A stretch of 64,000 nucleotides of DNA from Alphaproteobacteria bacterium (GCA_024278855.1 JAJRSJ010000021.1:4181-68180), one strand, 5' to 3'. Counted from the stretch's first letter, positions 30,343 to 39,843 are shown. The notes: generated from the letters alone by a model not told the origin. Numbers and translations: made by a program.

Positions 30343-31662
30343 ATGTTAATTGAATTTTCAGTGGAGAATTTTCGATCCTTTGCTGAAAAGCAAACATTTT
30401 CAATGGTGCCTGCCGTTGGTTCAAGCCGTATCCATAGTCTCGACAATAACTTTTACCCAGAAGTTTTGAAAGTATCAGCCATTTATGGGGCGAATGGTTC
30501 TGGAAAATCTAATCTTGTTGATGGTTTGAGTTATTTTCAGCATGTTTTAAGGCGGAGTGCAAAACTTAATTCCACCGACAGCGTTGCATATGATCCACAT
30601 GTCCTTGATAGGTATTATCGGCACAGCCCATCACGTTTTGAAATCACTTTCTTTTATGAAAAACAATTTTGGCGCTACGGCTTTAGTGTGACCGCCACAC
30701 AAGTTCACGAAGAATGGCTTTATGTTCGCAAAGAAAACCCTGGCTCACGGGAACGGCATTTGTTTAAAAGAACCGTGGATGAACCAGTTTTTCTGCATGC
30801 TTCGCTAAATAGATATAAAAAATTTCTGAATGAGGATATGAACCCCAACCAGCTTTTGTTATCCAAACTTGATCAGAGCAACGCGGAACTTGTAAAGCCC
30901 GCTTTTCGCTGGCTTGTTTTTTACTTGCGCCCCATTGGCAGGTTGGATAGCGGTTACCAGTCAGTTACCGCGGAGAAATGCTTGGAGCCGACGTCAAGAA
31001 AAGCAGTCGTCGAGTGTTTGCAGTCAGTCGCTATTGATCTAATGAGCATCCATGTTGATGTTGACAGACGTGAATATAGTCCCGAAAATCTTAAAAAGAT
31101 GTTCGAGAGGAACGTATCTAATACTGGCACATTCAGCATTGTAGATGACAAGCTTGTAACTCATGATATTTCTTTTATTCATCAATCTCGGCAAAAGAAC
31201 GATGTTTCCATCAGTCTAAGCGAAGAATCAACTGGCACACAAAATTTATTTGCTTTAGCAGGTCTCCTCCTTGATGCTTTAGAGCATGGTTTGACGTTCA
31301 TCGTGGACGAGCTAAACCAAACGTTCCACACCAAGGCATTAGAGCAAATTATCAGCTTGTTCTATAGTGATGAGGTAAATACTAATGGCGCACAGCTCAT
31401 TTTCACATCCCATGATACGGCGATTATGGATATGATGGAGCGCGACGAACTCTGGCTTGTTGACAAGGATTCAAACGGCGCCTCCAAACTATTCAGTATT
31501 GCAGACTTTGGCACGATTAGACAAGGTGGTGCGCGAAGGCATGAAGCATTTGGAAGGCGTTACCTTGCTGGACGATATGGAGCACTTCCTGATATTGATC
31601 CCATCGGCGCTATCAGTGCGCTAAAGAAAAGCCAAATGCGGCGCGATGAAGAATTAAATTAG
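30343..31662 (+). CDS. AAA_21/ABC-like ATPase (AbiLi-like partner of an RloB protein)
   Basis: MLIEFSVENFRSF, Walker A GANGSGKS, signature-like SEESTGTQNLF, Walker B TFIVDELNQTFH and H-loop TSHD. The gene is AT-rich; a spot GC count of 30361-30420 is 43 percent. Confidence 0.8.
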   Translation: MLIEFSVENFRSFAEKQTFSMVPAVGSSRIHSLDNNFYPEVLKVSAIYGANGSGKSNLVDGLSYFQHVLRRSAKLNSTDSVAYDPHVLDRYYRHSPSRFEITFFYEKQFWRYGFSVTATQVHEEWLYVRKENPGSRERHLFKRTVDEPVFLHASLNRYKKFLNEDMNPNQLLLSKLDQSNAELVKPAFRWLVFYLRPIGRLDSGYQSVTAEKCLEPTSRKAVVECLQSVAIDLMSIHVDVDRREYSPENLKKMFERNVSNTGTFSIVDDKLVTHDISFIHQSRQKNDVSISLSEESTGTQNLFALAGLLLDALEHGLTFIVDELNQTFHTKALEQIISLFYSDEVNTNGAQLIFTSHDTAIMDMMERDELWLVDKDSNGASKLFSIADFGTIRQGGARRHEAFGRRYLAGRYGALPDIDPIGAISALKKSQMRRDEELN

Positions 31663-31666
31663 GCCT

Positions 31667-32329
31667 ATGGCACGCCGCAGACCGAGAAATCAACGCCAAG
31701 AAAAACCCTTGCTTTTGATATTGTGTGAAGATCAGGGGGGCGTCAAAACTTATATTGAACAAATAGCCAAAAGCATTTTACTTAGGAGTGCAATAGCGGT
31801 CGATATTCAAGGCATCGGAGAGGGACCGGGCAAACTCTACCAATATGCCAATATGGCGCTGAGGGGAAGCTCACGCAAATTTCCAAATAAAGCAGACATG
31901 GTATTCCTAGTGTTCGACAAAGATCGGCATGAAAGCTTTGATGAAGTGCTTGTGAAATCAAAAAATCATGACCGTATTCATTTATTTGCCAGTATACCCT
32001 GCATTGAAATGTTTTTTATCCTGCACTTTCAATATTGTTCAATGCCTGCAAATTGTTATGATGATTTATTGGGAGTGCTAAAGGCTATCCCAGAATTTAA
32101 AAAATATAACAAAGGAAGTGGTTCGGTGCCCGTAGCAAAAATGCGAGACATTCAAGCAGATGCTTTGGTAAATACAGATAGATTGAGAACCGAACGTCGT
32201 AAAACCAGAAGCAAAAACCCCATGACCGATATGGATATTTTTATTGAATTTCTAGAAGACATAGCAACTAATGGTTTAGTCAACATTATTGGCAATAATG
32301 ACCAAAAATTTCTACATAACGACCCCTAA
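31667..32329 (+). CDS. RloB-like (AbiLii-like) Toprim-type protein
   Basis: LLLILCEDQGGVKTY (Toprim Glu), VFLVFDKDRH (DxD) and ASIPCIEMFFILHF match the RloB family pattern CEGE.TE ... D.D ... SNPCFE.W.LLHF. It starts 4 nt after the ATPase stop. Confidence 0.75.
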   Translation: MARRRPRNQRQEKPLLLILCEDQGGVKTYIEQIAKSILLRSAIAVDIQGIGEGPGKLYQYANMALRGSSRKFPNKADMVFLVFDKDRHESFDEVLVKSKNHDRIHLFASIPCIEMFFILHFQYCSMPANCYDDLLGVLKAIPEFKKYNKGSGSVPVAKMRDIQADALVNTDRLRTERRKTRSKNPMTDMDIFIEFLEDIATNGLVNIIGNNDQKFLHNDP

Positions 32330-32331
32330 CC

Positions 32332-33447
32332 TCACCCCAAAACGCTATCTGCCTCCACATACGCCAAGCCAAGCGCCTCTCCCACAGCCGCATAGGTCAA
32401 CTTACCCTCCGCCACATTCAACCCATTTTTCAAATGCGCATTATCGCGCAGGGCTTGCTTCCAGCCTTTGCCCGCAATATTTAATGCGTGGTGCAATGTG
32501 ACTGCGTTTAGGGCGTAGGTGCTGGTTCTGGCGACGGCGCCGGGCATGTTGGCTACGCAGTAGTGGACTATGTCGTCTACGATATATGTCGGGTCGGCGT
32601 GGGTTGTGGCTTTGGAGGTTTCGAAACAACCGCCTTGGTCGATGGCCACATCAACCAGAACCGCGCCCGGCTGCATGGTTTTTAGCATGGCACGGGTAAT
32701 CAATTTTGGCGCGGCGGCGCCCGGTACCAACACGGCACCAATCACCATGTCGGCGGTTTTGATCAGTTCCGTCAGCACGGCAGGGGTGGAGCGCACGACT
32801 TTTGCGGACGCTCTGAAATAATTGGACACTTGCTCCATGACATCCGGACTGCGGTCAAGAATGGTCACATCAGCTTGCAGGCCCACGGCCATTTGCGCCG
32901 CGTTAAAGCCGACAACCCCGCCGCCGATGACCACGACTTTGGCCGGAGCAACCCCCGGAACCCCGCCGAGCAATACGCCGCGCCCGCCGTTGGATTTCTC
33001 TAGCGCCGTCGCGCCCGCCTGCACCGACAAACGCCCGGCCACCTGGCTCATGGGTTTGAGCAGCGGCAAATCGCCGCCGTCGCTGGTCACGGTCTCGTAG
33101 GCAATGCCGATACAGCCGGATTTCAGCAGTGCCTTGGTCTGTTTTGGGTCGGGTGCCAAATGCAAATATGTGTACAGAATTTGCCCCTCGCGCAGCATTT
33201 TGCACTCGGTAGGTTGCGGCTCTTTGACCTTAACAATCATATCAGCACGGGCAAATATTTTTGCTGCCGATTTGGAGACAGTGGCTCCAGCGGCGCGGTA
33301 CGCCCAATCGTCTGCCCCGATACCGTTCCCGGCACCAGCCTGCACAACGACCTTATGGCCAGCGGCCACAAGCTCCGATACACTTTCCGGCGTCAAGCCA
33401 ACCCGGTATTCATGGTTTTTAATCTCTGTTGGCACACCGATAAGCAT
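32332..33447 (-). CDS. ald: alanine dehydrogenase
   Basis: [20 protein letters not shown] and the NAD fold [14 protein letters not shown]. 371 aa, with an AGGAGA RBS. Confidence 0.93.
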   Translation of the reverse strand: MLIGVPTEIKNHEYRVGLTPESVSELVAAGHKVVVQAGAGNGIGADDWAYRAAGATVSKSAAKIFARADMIVKVKEPQPTECKMLREGQILYTYLHLAPDPKQTKALLKSGCIGIAYETVTSDGGDLPLLKPMSQVAGRLSVQAGATALEKSNGGRGVLLGGVPGVAPAKVVVIGGGVVGFNAAQMAVGLQADVTILDRSPDVMEQVSNYFRASAKVVRSTPAVLTELIKTADMVIGAVLVPGAAAPKLITRAMLKTMQPGAVLVDVAIDQGGCFETSKATTHADPTYIVDDIVHYCVANMPGAVARTSTYALNAVTLHHALNIAGKGWKQALRDNAHLKNGLNVAEGKLTYAAVGEALGLAYVEADSVLG

Positions 33448-33579
33448 GTGCATCTCCTCTTGATTTATAAAAATAATTAGCAAATTCGGCACGGCAACAC
33501 ATCCGGTTTTGCTTGCATTTTGTCGATTTAATCATAAATTAACCCGCATATTTAGATAAATATGGGATAATATTCGAAC

Positions 33580-34038
33580 ATGGACACAATAGACAAGAAA
33601 CTACTCCTCGCGGTGCAAAAGGATTGCCGCCGCCCGATTTCAGATTTGGCGCTTGAGGTTGGCCTGTCCACATCCGCTGCCCACCGCCGTATTGGCCTGT
33701 TGGAAAAGGCCGGAATTATCGAGGGTTATCATGCGCGCCTGAACGGGCCAAAGCTTGGCTACCAGATCGAATTTTATGTGGAGGTGTCGTTGGAAAGCCA
33801 GAGCGAACAAGTTCTTGAAGCCTTTGAGCAAGCCGCATTGGCGCGCCCGCAAATCCTTGAATGTTATCTGATGACCGGCACGGCGGATTATTTGCTCAAA
33901 GTGGCGGTGGAAAACACCCGCGAATATGAACGGGTCTACCGCCGTATCATCGCCGCCCTGCCCCATGTGTCGCGCATCCAGTCGTCCCTGGTGATGAAAG
34001 CCGTAAAACGCTGGGCCGGGTATCCGGCCAGAGATTAA
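33580..34038 (+). CDS. Lrp/AsnC-family transcriptional regulator
   Basis: MDTIDKKLLLAVQKDCRRPISDLALEVGLSTSAAHRRIGLLEKAGII is an HTH_AsnC motif, followed by a C-terminal RAM-like domain. It is divergent from ald. Confidence 0.88.
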   Translation: MDTIDKKLLLAVQKDCRRPISDLALEVGLSTSAAHRRIGLLEKAGIIEGYHARLNGPKLGYQIEFYVEVSLESQSEQVLEAFEQAALARPQILECYLMTGTADYLLKVAVENTREYERVYRRIIAALPHVSRIQSSLVMKAVKRWAGYPARD

Positions 34039-34127
34039 AGGTGGGACTAAAGGCGGGATTAAATTTATACCCTCTACAAAACTGCAAATAATTCTGGTAT
34101 CTTCGCGCCCAGTATTTATGAAAGCCT

Positions 34128-34805
34128 ATGACCAAGTTTTTCTCTTACATGGCGGTATCATTGTGCATTTTGATCTTGCCTGTAAAAAGCCACGCCCAAC
34201 TCACCGACCACATAGATGCTGAACTGCTCACCTCTTCCAACCGCCCTCTTTTGGACGCCGGGCAGGTGTTGATTGAGGTCAAAAAAGAAACTAACGGCGG
34301 CAGAAAAATCGCTTTTATTCAGTCGGTGGTTCTGATCCCCGCGCCGCCGCAGGCCGTCTGGTCTGTGCTTACGAACTGCGCCCGTGCGCCCAGCTATATA
34401 CCGGGTCTCAAATCCTGCGAAATCCTTGACGCCGCCCCGGACGGCACATGGGATATACACCGCCATGTCACGAAAATATCCGCGTTTTTACCCAAGATGA
34501 TATCCGAGGTTAGGAGCGAGTATGACTATCCAACATCCATCCGCTTTAAGCGCATTGGCGGCAATGTAGATGTCAATCAAGGCAGTTGGACACTGCGCCC
34601 ATATGTTTCTGGCGCATCTGGCGCATCTGACGCAGACGGAATGGCGACCATTGTAATTTATAGATCACATGTGTCTTCGAAATCCGTGGTGCCAGCCAAA
34701 ACCATCCGCAAAAGCATGGAAAAAAACATCCCCAAAGTCATGACGTCCTTAAGGGCGGAAATTGTCAAAGACTTGGAGTTAAGTACAAAGAAACAACCAC
34801 TTTAG
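34128..34805 (+). CDS. secreted SRPBCC/START-fold (polyketide cyclase-like) protein
   Basis: Signal peptide MTKFFSYMAVSLCILILPVKSHA. The pattern VWSVLTNCARAPSYIPGLKSCEIL is typical of the SRPBCC N-terminus. The assignment is tentative. Confidence 0.55.
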   Translation: MTKFFSYMAVSLCILILPVKSHAQLTDHIDAELLTSSNRPLLDAGQVLIEVKKETNGGRKIAFIQSVVLIPAPPQAVWSVLTNCARAPSYIPGLKSCEILDAAPDGTWDIHRHVTKISAFLPKMISEVRSEYDYPTSIRFKRIGGNVDVNQGSWTLRPYVSGASGASDADGMATIVIYRSHVSSKSVVPAKTIRKSMEKNIPKVMTSLRAEIVKDLELSTKKQPL

Positions 34806-34836
34806 GCGGCATTGGCGCGCGCCATAGTTGCGGCGT

Positions 34837-35217
34837 TTACGCCGCTTCCATACGGATGATTTGCAACTCCAAACGTTTGATCTCGCGCAGTGTCCGGTTG
34901 GTTTCCATGCGCATCCAACTCCACAGCTTGATCATCATTTGGGATGTGCCTGCAATCCAGGTCAGGCCGCCCCAACGCAACATAGAGGCTATATCATCCG
35001 CAATGATAAATTGCCAAGCTGCGTAGACGGCTATGATCGTTAATATGGTGCCTATGATGAAGGTCGCAATCGATAGCCAGGCCAGCTTGCCTTTAAACAA
35101 GCCGCCGAGCTGGCCAAGCAATCCTTGTTCTTCAAAATGGGCCATAAGTGCGCGGTCTTCTTCGCCGAGGGCTTCGCGTATTTTAGCATCAAGTTCATCT
35201 ATATTGTGATTGGGCAT
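34837..35217 (-). CDS. putative membrane anti-sigma factor / ECF-associated membrane protein
   Basis: 126 aa with a cytoplasmic N-terminus, two hydrophobic segments and a coiled C-terminus. It overlaps the end of the upstream ECF sigma gene. Confidence 0.5.
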   Translation of the reverse strand: MPNHNIDELDAKIREALGEEDRALMAHFEEQGLLGQLGGLFKGKLAWLSIATFIIGTILTIIAVYAAWQFIIADDIASMLRWGGLTWIAGTSQMMIKLWSWMRMETNRTLREIKRLELQIIRMEAA

Positions 35218-35770
35218 GATTGTCTCCTTCAAGTATTTGGCGCAGTTTTTTTCGCGCGTGCATGAGGCGGGTTTTTACGGTGCCCGCCGGAACCGAGAGC
35301 GCTACGGAAATTTCCGTAACACTAAATTCTTCAAGATAGTAAAGCCCAATAACCGCCCGTTGCTTGACCGGAAGCTCGGTTATGGCGCGGCTTAGCGGCC
35401 CTGCATCGGCGCTTGCTTCCATGCGCTTTGCCGTGGTGTTGTGGGCTTCTGGCTCCAAAGCATAGGCCGCTTCCGTGCGGCGTTTTCGCTGGGCCCGACC
35501 GATAGCATCTGCGGCGCGGCGCGTAATTATCCGGTAAGCCCAAGCGGGAAAGACGGACGGTTCTTTCAAGCCCGGTAATCCCCTCACAATATCAGCCCAA
35601 CCGTCCTGCACCACATCAAGGGCCAGATCGGCGTCTCCGGTCAGACGGTAAGCATGGGCCAATAAGCGCTTTTGCCAGCTTTCAGCCAAACGCGCAAATG
35701 CGGCCCGGTCGCCTGCCTGGGCGCTGACCACCAGATATTCGTCGTATACACGTGATAAACGGCGCCCCAT
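35195..35770 (-). CDS. ECF-family RNA polymerase sigma factor
   Basis: Region 2 (DLALDVVQDGWADIVRG...FPAWAYRIITRRAAD) and region 4 (LPVKQRAVIGLYYLEEFSVTEISVALSVPAGTVKTRLMHARKKL). Confidence 0.88.
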   Translation of the reverse strand: MGRRLSRVYDEYLVVSAQAGDRAAFARLAESWQKRLLAHAYRLTGDADLALDVVQDGWADIVRGLPGLKEPSVFPAWAYRIITRRAADAIGRAQRKRRTEAAYALEPEAHNTTAKRMEASADAGPLSRAITELPVKQRAVIGLYYLEEFSVTEISVALSVPAGTVKTRLMHARKKLRQILEGDNHAQSQYR

Positions 35771-35973
35771 ATGCGCACCCTCCTAAACAAGTCCTATACA
35801 ACATAAGTCAGTAAAAAGCGCGTTTTGGTTCAAAAAAAATTTGGCTTATTTCGGCTGCCTTCTCTAAACGATCCAAATCAGACGGGTTTTAATGGGTTTA
35901 GACTTGCGCGTATTTGCATATATACATATAGGAACGGCCAACGAAATTCTCTTAAATTCGAACTGGTGTTTTC

Positions 35974-36720
35974 ATGAAAAAATTTATTTCCCTAAAATTT
36001 ATTTCCCTGCTGGCTGTCTTGCTGATATGCGCCGCCGCGCCTGTCTATGGGCAAACAACTGCGGGGGTTTTTGGCCCCAATATTAGCGAGGGGGACAGCT
36101 CAGCGCAGTTTCGCATCGCCGCATCACCGGGGCAAAACGGCGGGTTCGACCGTTGGGAGGCCCGCGTGCATTACCAACAGGCTTGAAAAGATAATGTGCG
36201 GGCCAGAATAGTTTTGCAAGGCAGTGATATTGAAACTGGGAAATTCGAAACTAATTTCATACAGGCCGAGCTGCAATGGCAATTTAAAACAGCAGATCAA
36301 CACTCATCATGGGCCAGCGCCCTTAGGCTTGATGCACGCCTTGTGGAAAAAGACGACGATGTTAACAGGATGGGTGTCAATTGGACAAATCAATGGAACC
36401 CCGGCCAGAACTGGCAATTTAACAATGTTGTACTGGTCGGGACGGAAATCGGCACCAATGCAAGGGACGGTCTTATTTTGGAAATCCGCAATGGCGCGAA
36501 ATACAAAATTGGGGCCAATACCCGCATCGGCGTGGAAAGTTTCAGTGCTTTGGGACGCAGTAATGCCTTGGGCAATTTCAACACCCAAAACCACCGCCTC
36601 GGCCCGGTTGTGACCGGAAAAATAGGTGCGGAGACCAAATACCTGATTGGTGTATTGTTCGGCGCGTCCAGACCGGCCCGTGATGTTGATTTTCGCCTTT
36701 GGCTTACGCGGGGATTTTAA
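35974..36720 (+). pseudogene. outer-membrane beta-barrel protein interrupted by an in-frame TGA
   Basis: ORFs 35974-36186 (signal peptide MKKFISLKFISLLAVLLICAAAPVYG) and 36196-36720 (alternating beta-strand pattern, C-terminal ...RLWLTRGF) are in the same frame. They are separated only by the TGA at 36184-36186. Confidence 0.6.
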
Positions 36721-37196
36721 TCTTTTAAGCGCTCGTATTGCTTGTTCAGACCGTCATGACGTTTCTGGATATTGTGCGGCCACTGGCTTTTTATATAGGA
36801 CAGCACGGCGATTATCTCGGTGTCTGTTAATGTGTCCGCATAAGCCGGCATATCGCTTTTGTAATCCGCACCGGCAAATTTCTGCACACCGTATTTGGTC
36901 ATGTCAAACAACATCTGGTCTGGGTGATGCCAGGTGTGGCCGCTTTCGTCGTGGGGCGGCGCCGGCAGCAGACCTTCGGGACTTCTGATTTTCCAATCCC
37001 CCTGGCCTTCAAGATCTGCCCCGTGACAAGATGCGCAATCTTGAAAATATATCTGCTTGCCGCGCAAAACCAGTTGTAGATTATCCGGTTGTAATGTGGC
37101 GCGGTCGATATCTTGTTGCACCGCCCCGTCTCTAGAACAAGCGCCCAATAGGGATGTAGCCATAAGCCCAACCAAGATTGAACGCACATATTTCAT
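36717..37196 (-). CDS. c-type cytochrome lipoprotein (monohaem)
   Basis: Lipobox LLGAC and haem motif CASCHG. It starts 1 nt after the stop of the upstream ECF sigma gene. Confidence 0.8.
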   Translation of the reverse strand: MKYVRSILVGLMATSLLGACSRDGAVQQDIDRATLQPDNLQLVLRGKQIYFQDCASCHGADLEGQGDWKIRSPEGLLPAPPHDESGHTWHHPDQMLFDMTKYGVQKFAGADYKSDMPAYADTLTDTEIIAVLSYIKSQWPHNIQKRHDGLNKQYERLKD

Positions 37197-37197
37197 G

Positions 37198-37770
37198 CTA
37201 ATGTCCCATATTAAGTGCAGCAGACAAGCTATGCCGGGCTCTATAAATTCGCGTCTCGACCGCCTTGGTGCTGATACCCAAAACAGCCGCCGCCTGTTTA
37301 TGGCTCATGTCTTCAAGCGTACATAATATTAGAGGCGCTTTCAAATTTTCCGGCAACAGGGCAATTTTTGCCACCAGATCATCAAGTTTTCGCTTGGCGT
37401 CAATACTAGCTTCCGGGTTTTCGTCGGCCTGAACCTCGGTCAATTTTGCTTCCATAAACGGCGTAACCCTTTGCATAAATGCACGGGTTTTGCGCTTACG
37501 ACCAAGATCGCGGCATTTGTTTTTGGTAATTTGAAAGGCCCAGGTGGAAAATTTATATCCAGGGTTAAACCGGGATAAATTACGGTGCATGGCAATGAAT
37601 GTGTCTTGAACTATGTCTTCGGCGTCGTCCGGGTCGTTGACATAACGGTAGGCAAAACCGTAAAGCGGCGATTTATATTTACGCATAATCTCGCTAAAGG
37701 CCCGGTCGTCCCCCGCAACGGCTCTTTGGACGAGAGCCTTGTCTTGCGCATCTGATTCCAAAGAGACCAT
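37198..37770 (-). CDS. ECF-family sigma factor (CnrH-like position)
   Basis: Region 2 is DAEDIVQDTFIAMHRNL...FSTWAFQITKNKCRD and region 4 is LPENLKAPLILCTLEDMSHKQAAAVLGISTKAVETRIYRAR. Confidence 0.88.
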   Translation of the reverse strand: MVSLESDAQDKALVQRAVAGDDRAFSEIMRKYKSPLYGFAYRYVNDPDDAEDIVQDTFIAMHRNLSRFNPGYKFSTWAFQITKNKCRDLGRKRKTRAFMQRVTPFMEAKLTEVQADENPEASIDAKRKLDDLVAKIALLPENLKAPLILCTLEDMSHKQAAAVLGISTKAVETRIYRARHSLSAALNMGH

Positions 37771-37784
37771 GAAAACAGTATGAA

Positions 37785-38231
37785 CTAATTTGCCATATCT
37801 TGAAAGGAGCGCTGCACAATATTATCAAATTTTTCTGCTTGCCCCGCGTCGAGCAAAGCCCGCATGGCAAAAATATGCTCAATGGTCAGGGTTTGCATCT
37901 CGTCCAAAACCTGCACATATTGATCTTTGGCCTCTATAACATTTGGGGCCAAACTGTGCGCCTCCTGCATAGCCCGGCTCAACCCCGCACTTGCCGCTTT
38001 CATGCGGGCTTCCAGAGCCGCTTTGTTTTGACTAAAACCCGTTTCCAGATCGTGCAGTTTTTCGTCCTGGGCTTTATCCAAGACCAATTCTGCATGGATT
38101 TGCTCGTGCAAACCAACAGTGCGCACCGCATCTGGCATGATATATTTGTGGCCAAGCAATATACCAACAACACCGGCTAGAAAGCTAAGCCCGATAATCA
38201 GTAAAGCCGTCCGGATACCACTATTACCCAC
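37785..38231 (-). CDS. periplasmic heavy-metal sensor (CnrX/Spy-CpxP-like, Metal_resist family)
   Basis: One TM segment followed by a helical domain HEQIHAELVLDKAQDEKLHDLETGF...QTLTIEHIFAMRALL. I propose a GTG start at 38231 that overlaps the upstream stop (GTGGGTAA), giving 148 aa. Confidence 0.6.
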   Translation of the reverse strand: MGNSGIRTALLIIGLSFLAGVVGILLGHKYIMPDAVRTVGLHEQIHAELVLDKAQDEKLHDLETGFSQNKAALEARMKAASAGLSRAMQEAHSLAPNVIEAKDQYVQVLDEMQTLTIEHIFAMRALLDAGQAEKFDNIVQRSFQDMAN

Positions 38232-38505
38232 AACACGGCACCATGATTTTGCTGATGCTATAGGACGGGGTGCTGGAGAATGCGTCCATCTCATTATAGG
38301 CGGGGGTCGCATTGGCGCCAATCGTGCCGCCAATCAGCAAAGTCGTGGCAATGGGCAGGCTTTTGAGCCAAATCGGCATGGCGGAAAAATAGGCGAACGG
38401 TCTCGAGTTTTCAATCCGTTGCCATACCCGTGTTTCAAGTCCGTCTAACTGGCCTTGGTCCGGCGGGGAAAGCTCACCTAGCAATATGTCGAGTTTTTCT
38501 GTCAT
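38224..38505 (-). CDS. small membrane protein, putative anti-sigma factor (CnrY-like position)
   Basis: 93 aa with a cytoplasmic N-terminus and one TM segment (MPIWLKSLPIATTLLIGGTIG). It is the first gene of a Y-X-H-ordered triplet. Confidence 0.5.
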   Translation of the reverse strand: MTEKLDILLGELSPPDQGQLDGLETRVWQRIENSRPFAYFSAMPIWLKSLPIATTLLIGGTIGANATPAYNEMDAFSSTPSYSISKIMVPCCG

Positions 38506-38530
38506 TATTTTTCCTTAATTAAATATCTGA

Positions 38531-39076
38531 CTAAGATGTGTGCAGATGGGCTACTTTCCAGCTGCCGTCCACATTTTTCAAAATAGCCGTGCCGTTGCGG
38601 GTCACATCACTGGCCTTGCCTTTATAGGTATAAGCCATGTTAATTAAAAACGTGGCCGTGGCCAAATCACCCGATACATTGGTTTTATAATTACTGTACT
38701 CATATTTGGTAAATACCAAATCCGGGTTGTCAAATTCAGGCGCCAAATGGTTGTCACGGTAATCAGCCCAACCGATATTTTTGCCTTTACCTTCAAATAT
38801 GGTAAAATCCAACTCGTCTGGCAGCACATAGGCTTCCATGCCGGCCACATCTTTTGTATTAATCAGTTTGGCATAACTTTCAAGGGTCGCCTGCACGGCT
38901 TGACGCGCCGCAGCAATGTCCACTTCTTTTACCATTTCGACGGCTTCAACAATGCTAGTTTCCGCCTTGGTTTCCATATTTGCATCATCAGCTTGGGGGG
39001 CTTGCGCACCGGAACACGCCGCTAACGGCAAAGTGAAAACTGTAGCCATGATAAATGTTTTTGTAATAATCTTCAT
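38531..39076 (-). CDS. SnoaL/DUF4440-like (NTF2 fold) lipoprotein
   Basis: Lipobox LPLAAC. The C-terminal NGTAILKNVDGSWKVAHLHTS is typical of NTF2-like DUF4440 proteins. Confidence 0.6.
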   Translation of the reverse strand: MKIITKTFIMATVFTLPLAACSGAQAPQADDANMETKAETSIVEAVEMVKEVDIAAARQAVQATLESYAKLINTKDVAGMEAYVLPDELDFTIFEGKGKNIGWADYRDNHLAPEFDNPDLVFTKYEYSNYKTNVSGDLATATFLINMAYTYKGKASDVTRNGTAILKNVDGSWKVAHLHTS

Positions 39077-39111
39077 AATTTTTTCTCCAAATTAAATTTC
39101 ACCATATGCCT

Positions 39112-39843
39112 TTAGCCAAAACCGGGCAAGAGATGTTTTATACCGCCGTGGGCGAGCGCGCCCCCCAAAAAACCGTTTAAGGCTACGGCCAATGCGCCGC
39201 CGAACAACAGCACATTAAAGACCGTGTTTTTAGATAGGCCACCTTCGGCCTTTGCCGCTTTTTGCATGAAATAAGCGATAACAAAACCGCCGAACAACAG
39301 GCTCGTCCCGACCCATCTATCGATTGACATGACGGCGTTTTCACCCGTCTGCACCGGCCCGGAATGCATCCAGCCAAGCACACCGGCGCCCAAAGCACCC
39401 AAGGCACCCGTCCACACCAAAACCGTGACCGCATTGTCATAAGCGCCTTTTTTGGAGCGAATATTAAGCACCTGGGCAAAACCGGCCGTTAACAAGAGGG
39501 CGATCGGGAAGTGGACAATCAGCGGGTGATATTTACCAAAGGCCGCCATGATTTTAGAGAATGTTGAACTATCCGGATCGAGCCCCCAATGGGAATGTGC
39601 GCCGCTATCATCTGCTGCAGCTTCGTCGTGGGGCATAGTTTCGTCGTGGGCCGCGCCATTATTTGCATCATGAGCGGGCATTTCGTCTTTACCGTCATTG
39701 CCATGGCCGCCATTGGTCTGTTGAGTTTGGGTTTGCTCTTTCTTGACTTCGTGCATTTTTTGCGGATGTGCGGACGCAATTTGCGCCGTGAACAGTGCCG
39801 TTAAAATGAGACTGGCGATGATGATGATGAATTTAAAACGCAT
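39112..39843 (-). CDS. His/Asp/Met-rich periplasmic region fused to a DUF2231-like 4-TM membrane domain
   Basis: Signal peptide MRFKFIIIIASLILTALFTAQIASA, then HPQKMHEV...GGHGNDGKDEMPAHDANNGAAHDETMPHDEAAADDSGAHSHW, then four hydrophobic helices. Confidence 0.6.
   Translation of the reverse strand: MRFKFIIIIASLILTALFTAQIASAHPQKMHEVKKEQTQTQQTNGGHGNDGKDEMPAHDANNGAAHDETMPHDEAAADDSGAHSHWGLDPDSSTFSKIMAAFGKYHPLIVHFPIALLLTAGFAQVLNIRSKKGAYDNAVTVLVWTGALGALGAGVLGWMHSGPVQTGENAVMSIDRWVGTSLLFGGFVIAYFMQKAAKAEGGLSKNTVFNVLLFGGALAVALNGFLGGALAHGGIKHLLPGFG

Noticed and set aside
36184-36186. TGA recoded as Trp or selenocysteine
   Set aside because: TGA is used as an ordinary stop in this window (for example coaD at 343-345 and ald at 32332-34). 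I see no SECIS-like hairpin directly downstream, and the protein type (an OM barrel) is not a selenoprotein class.
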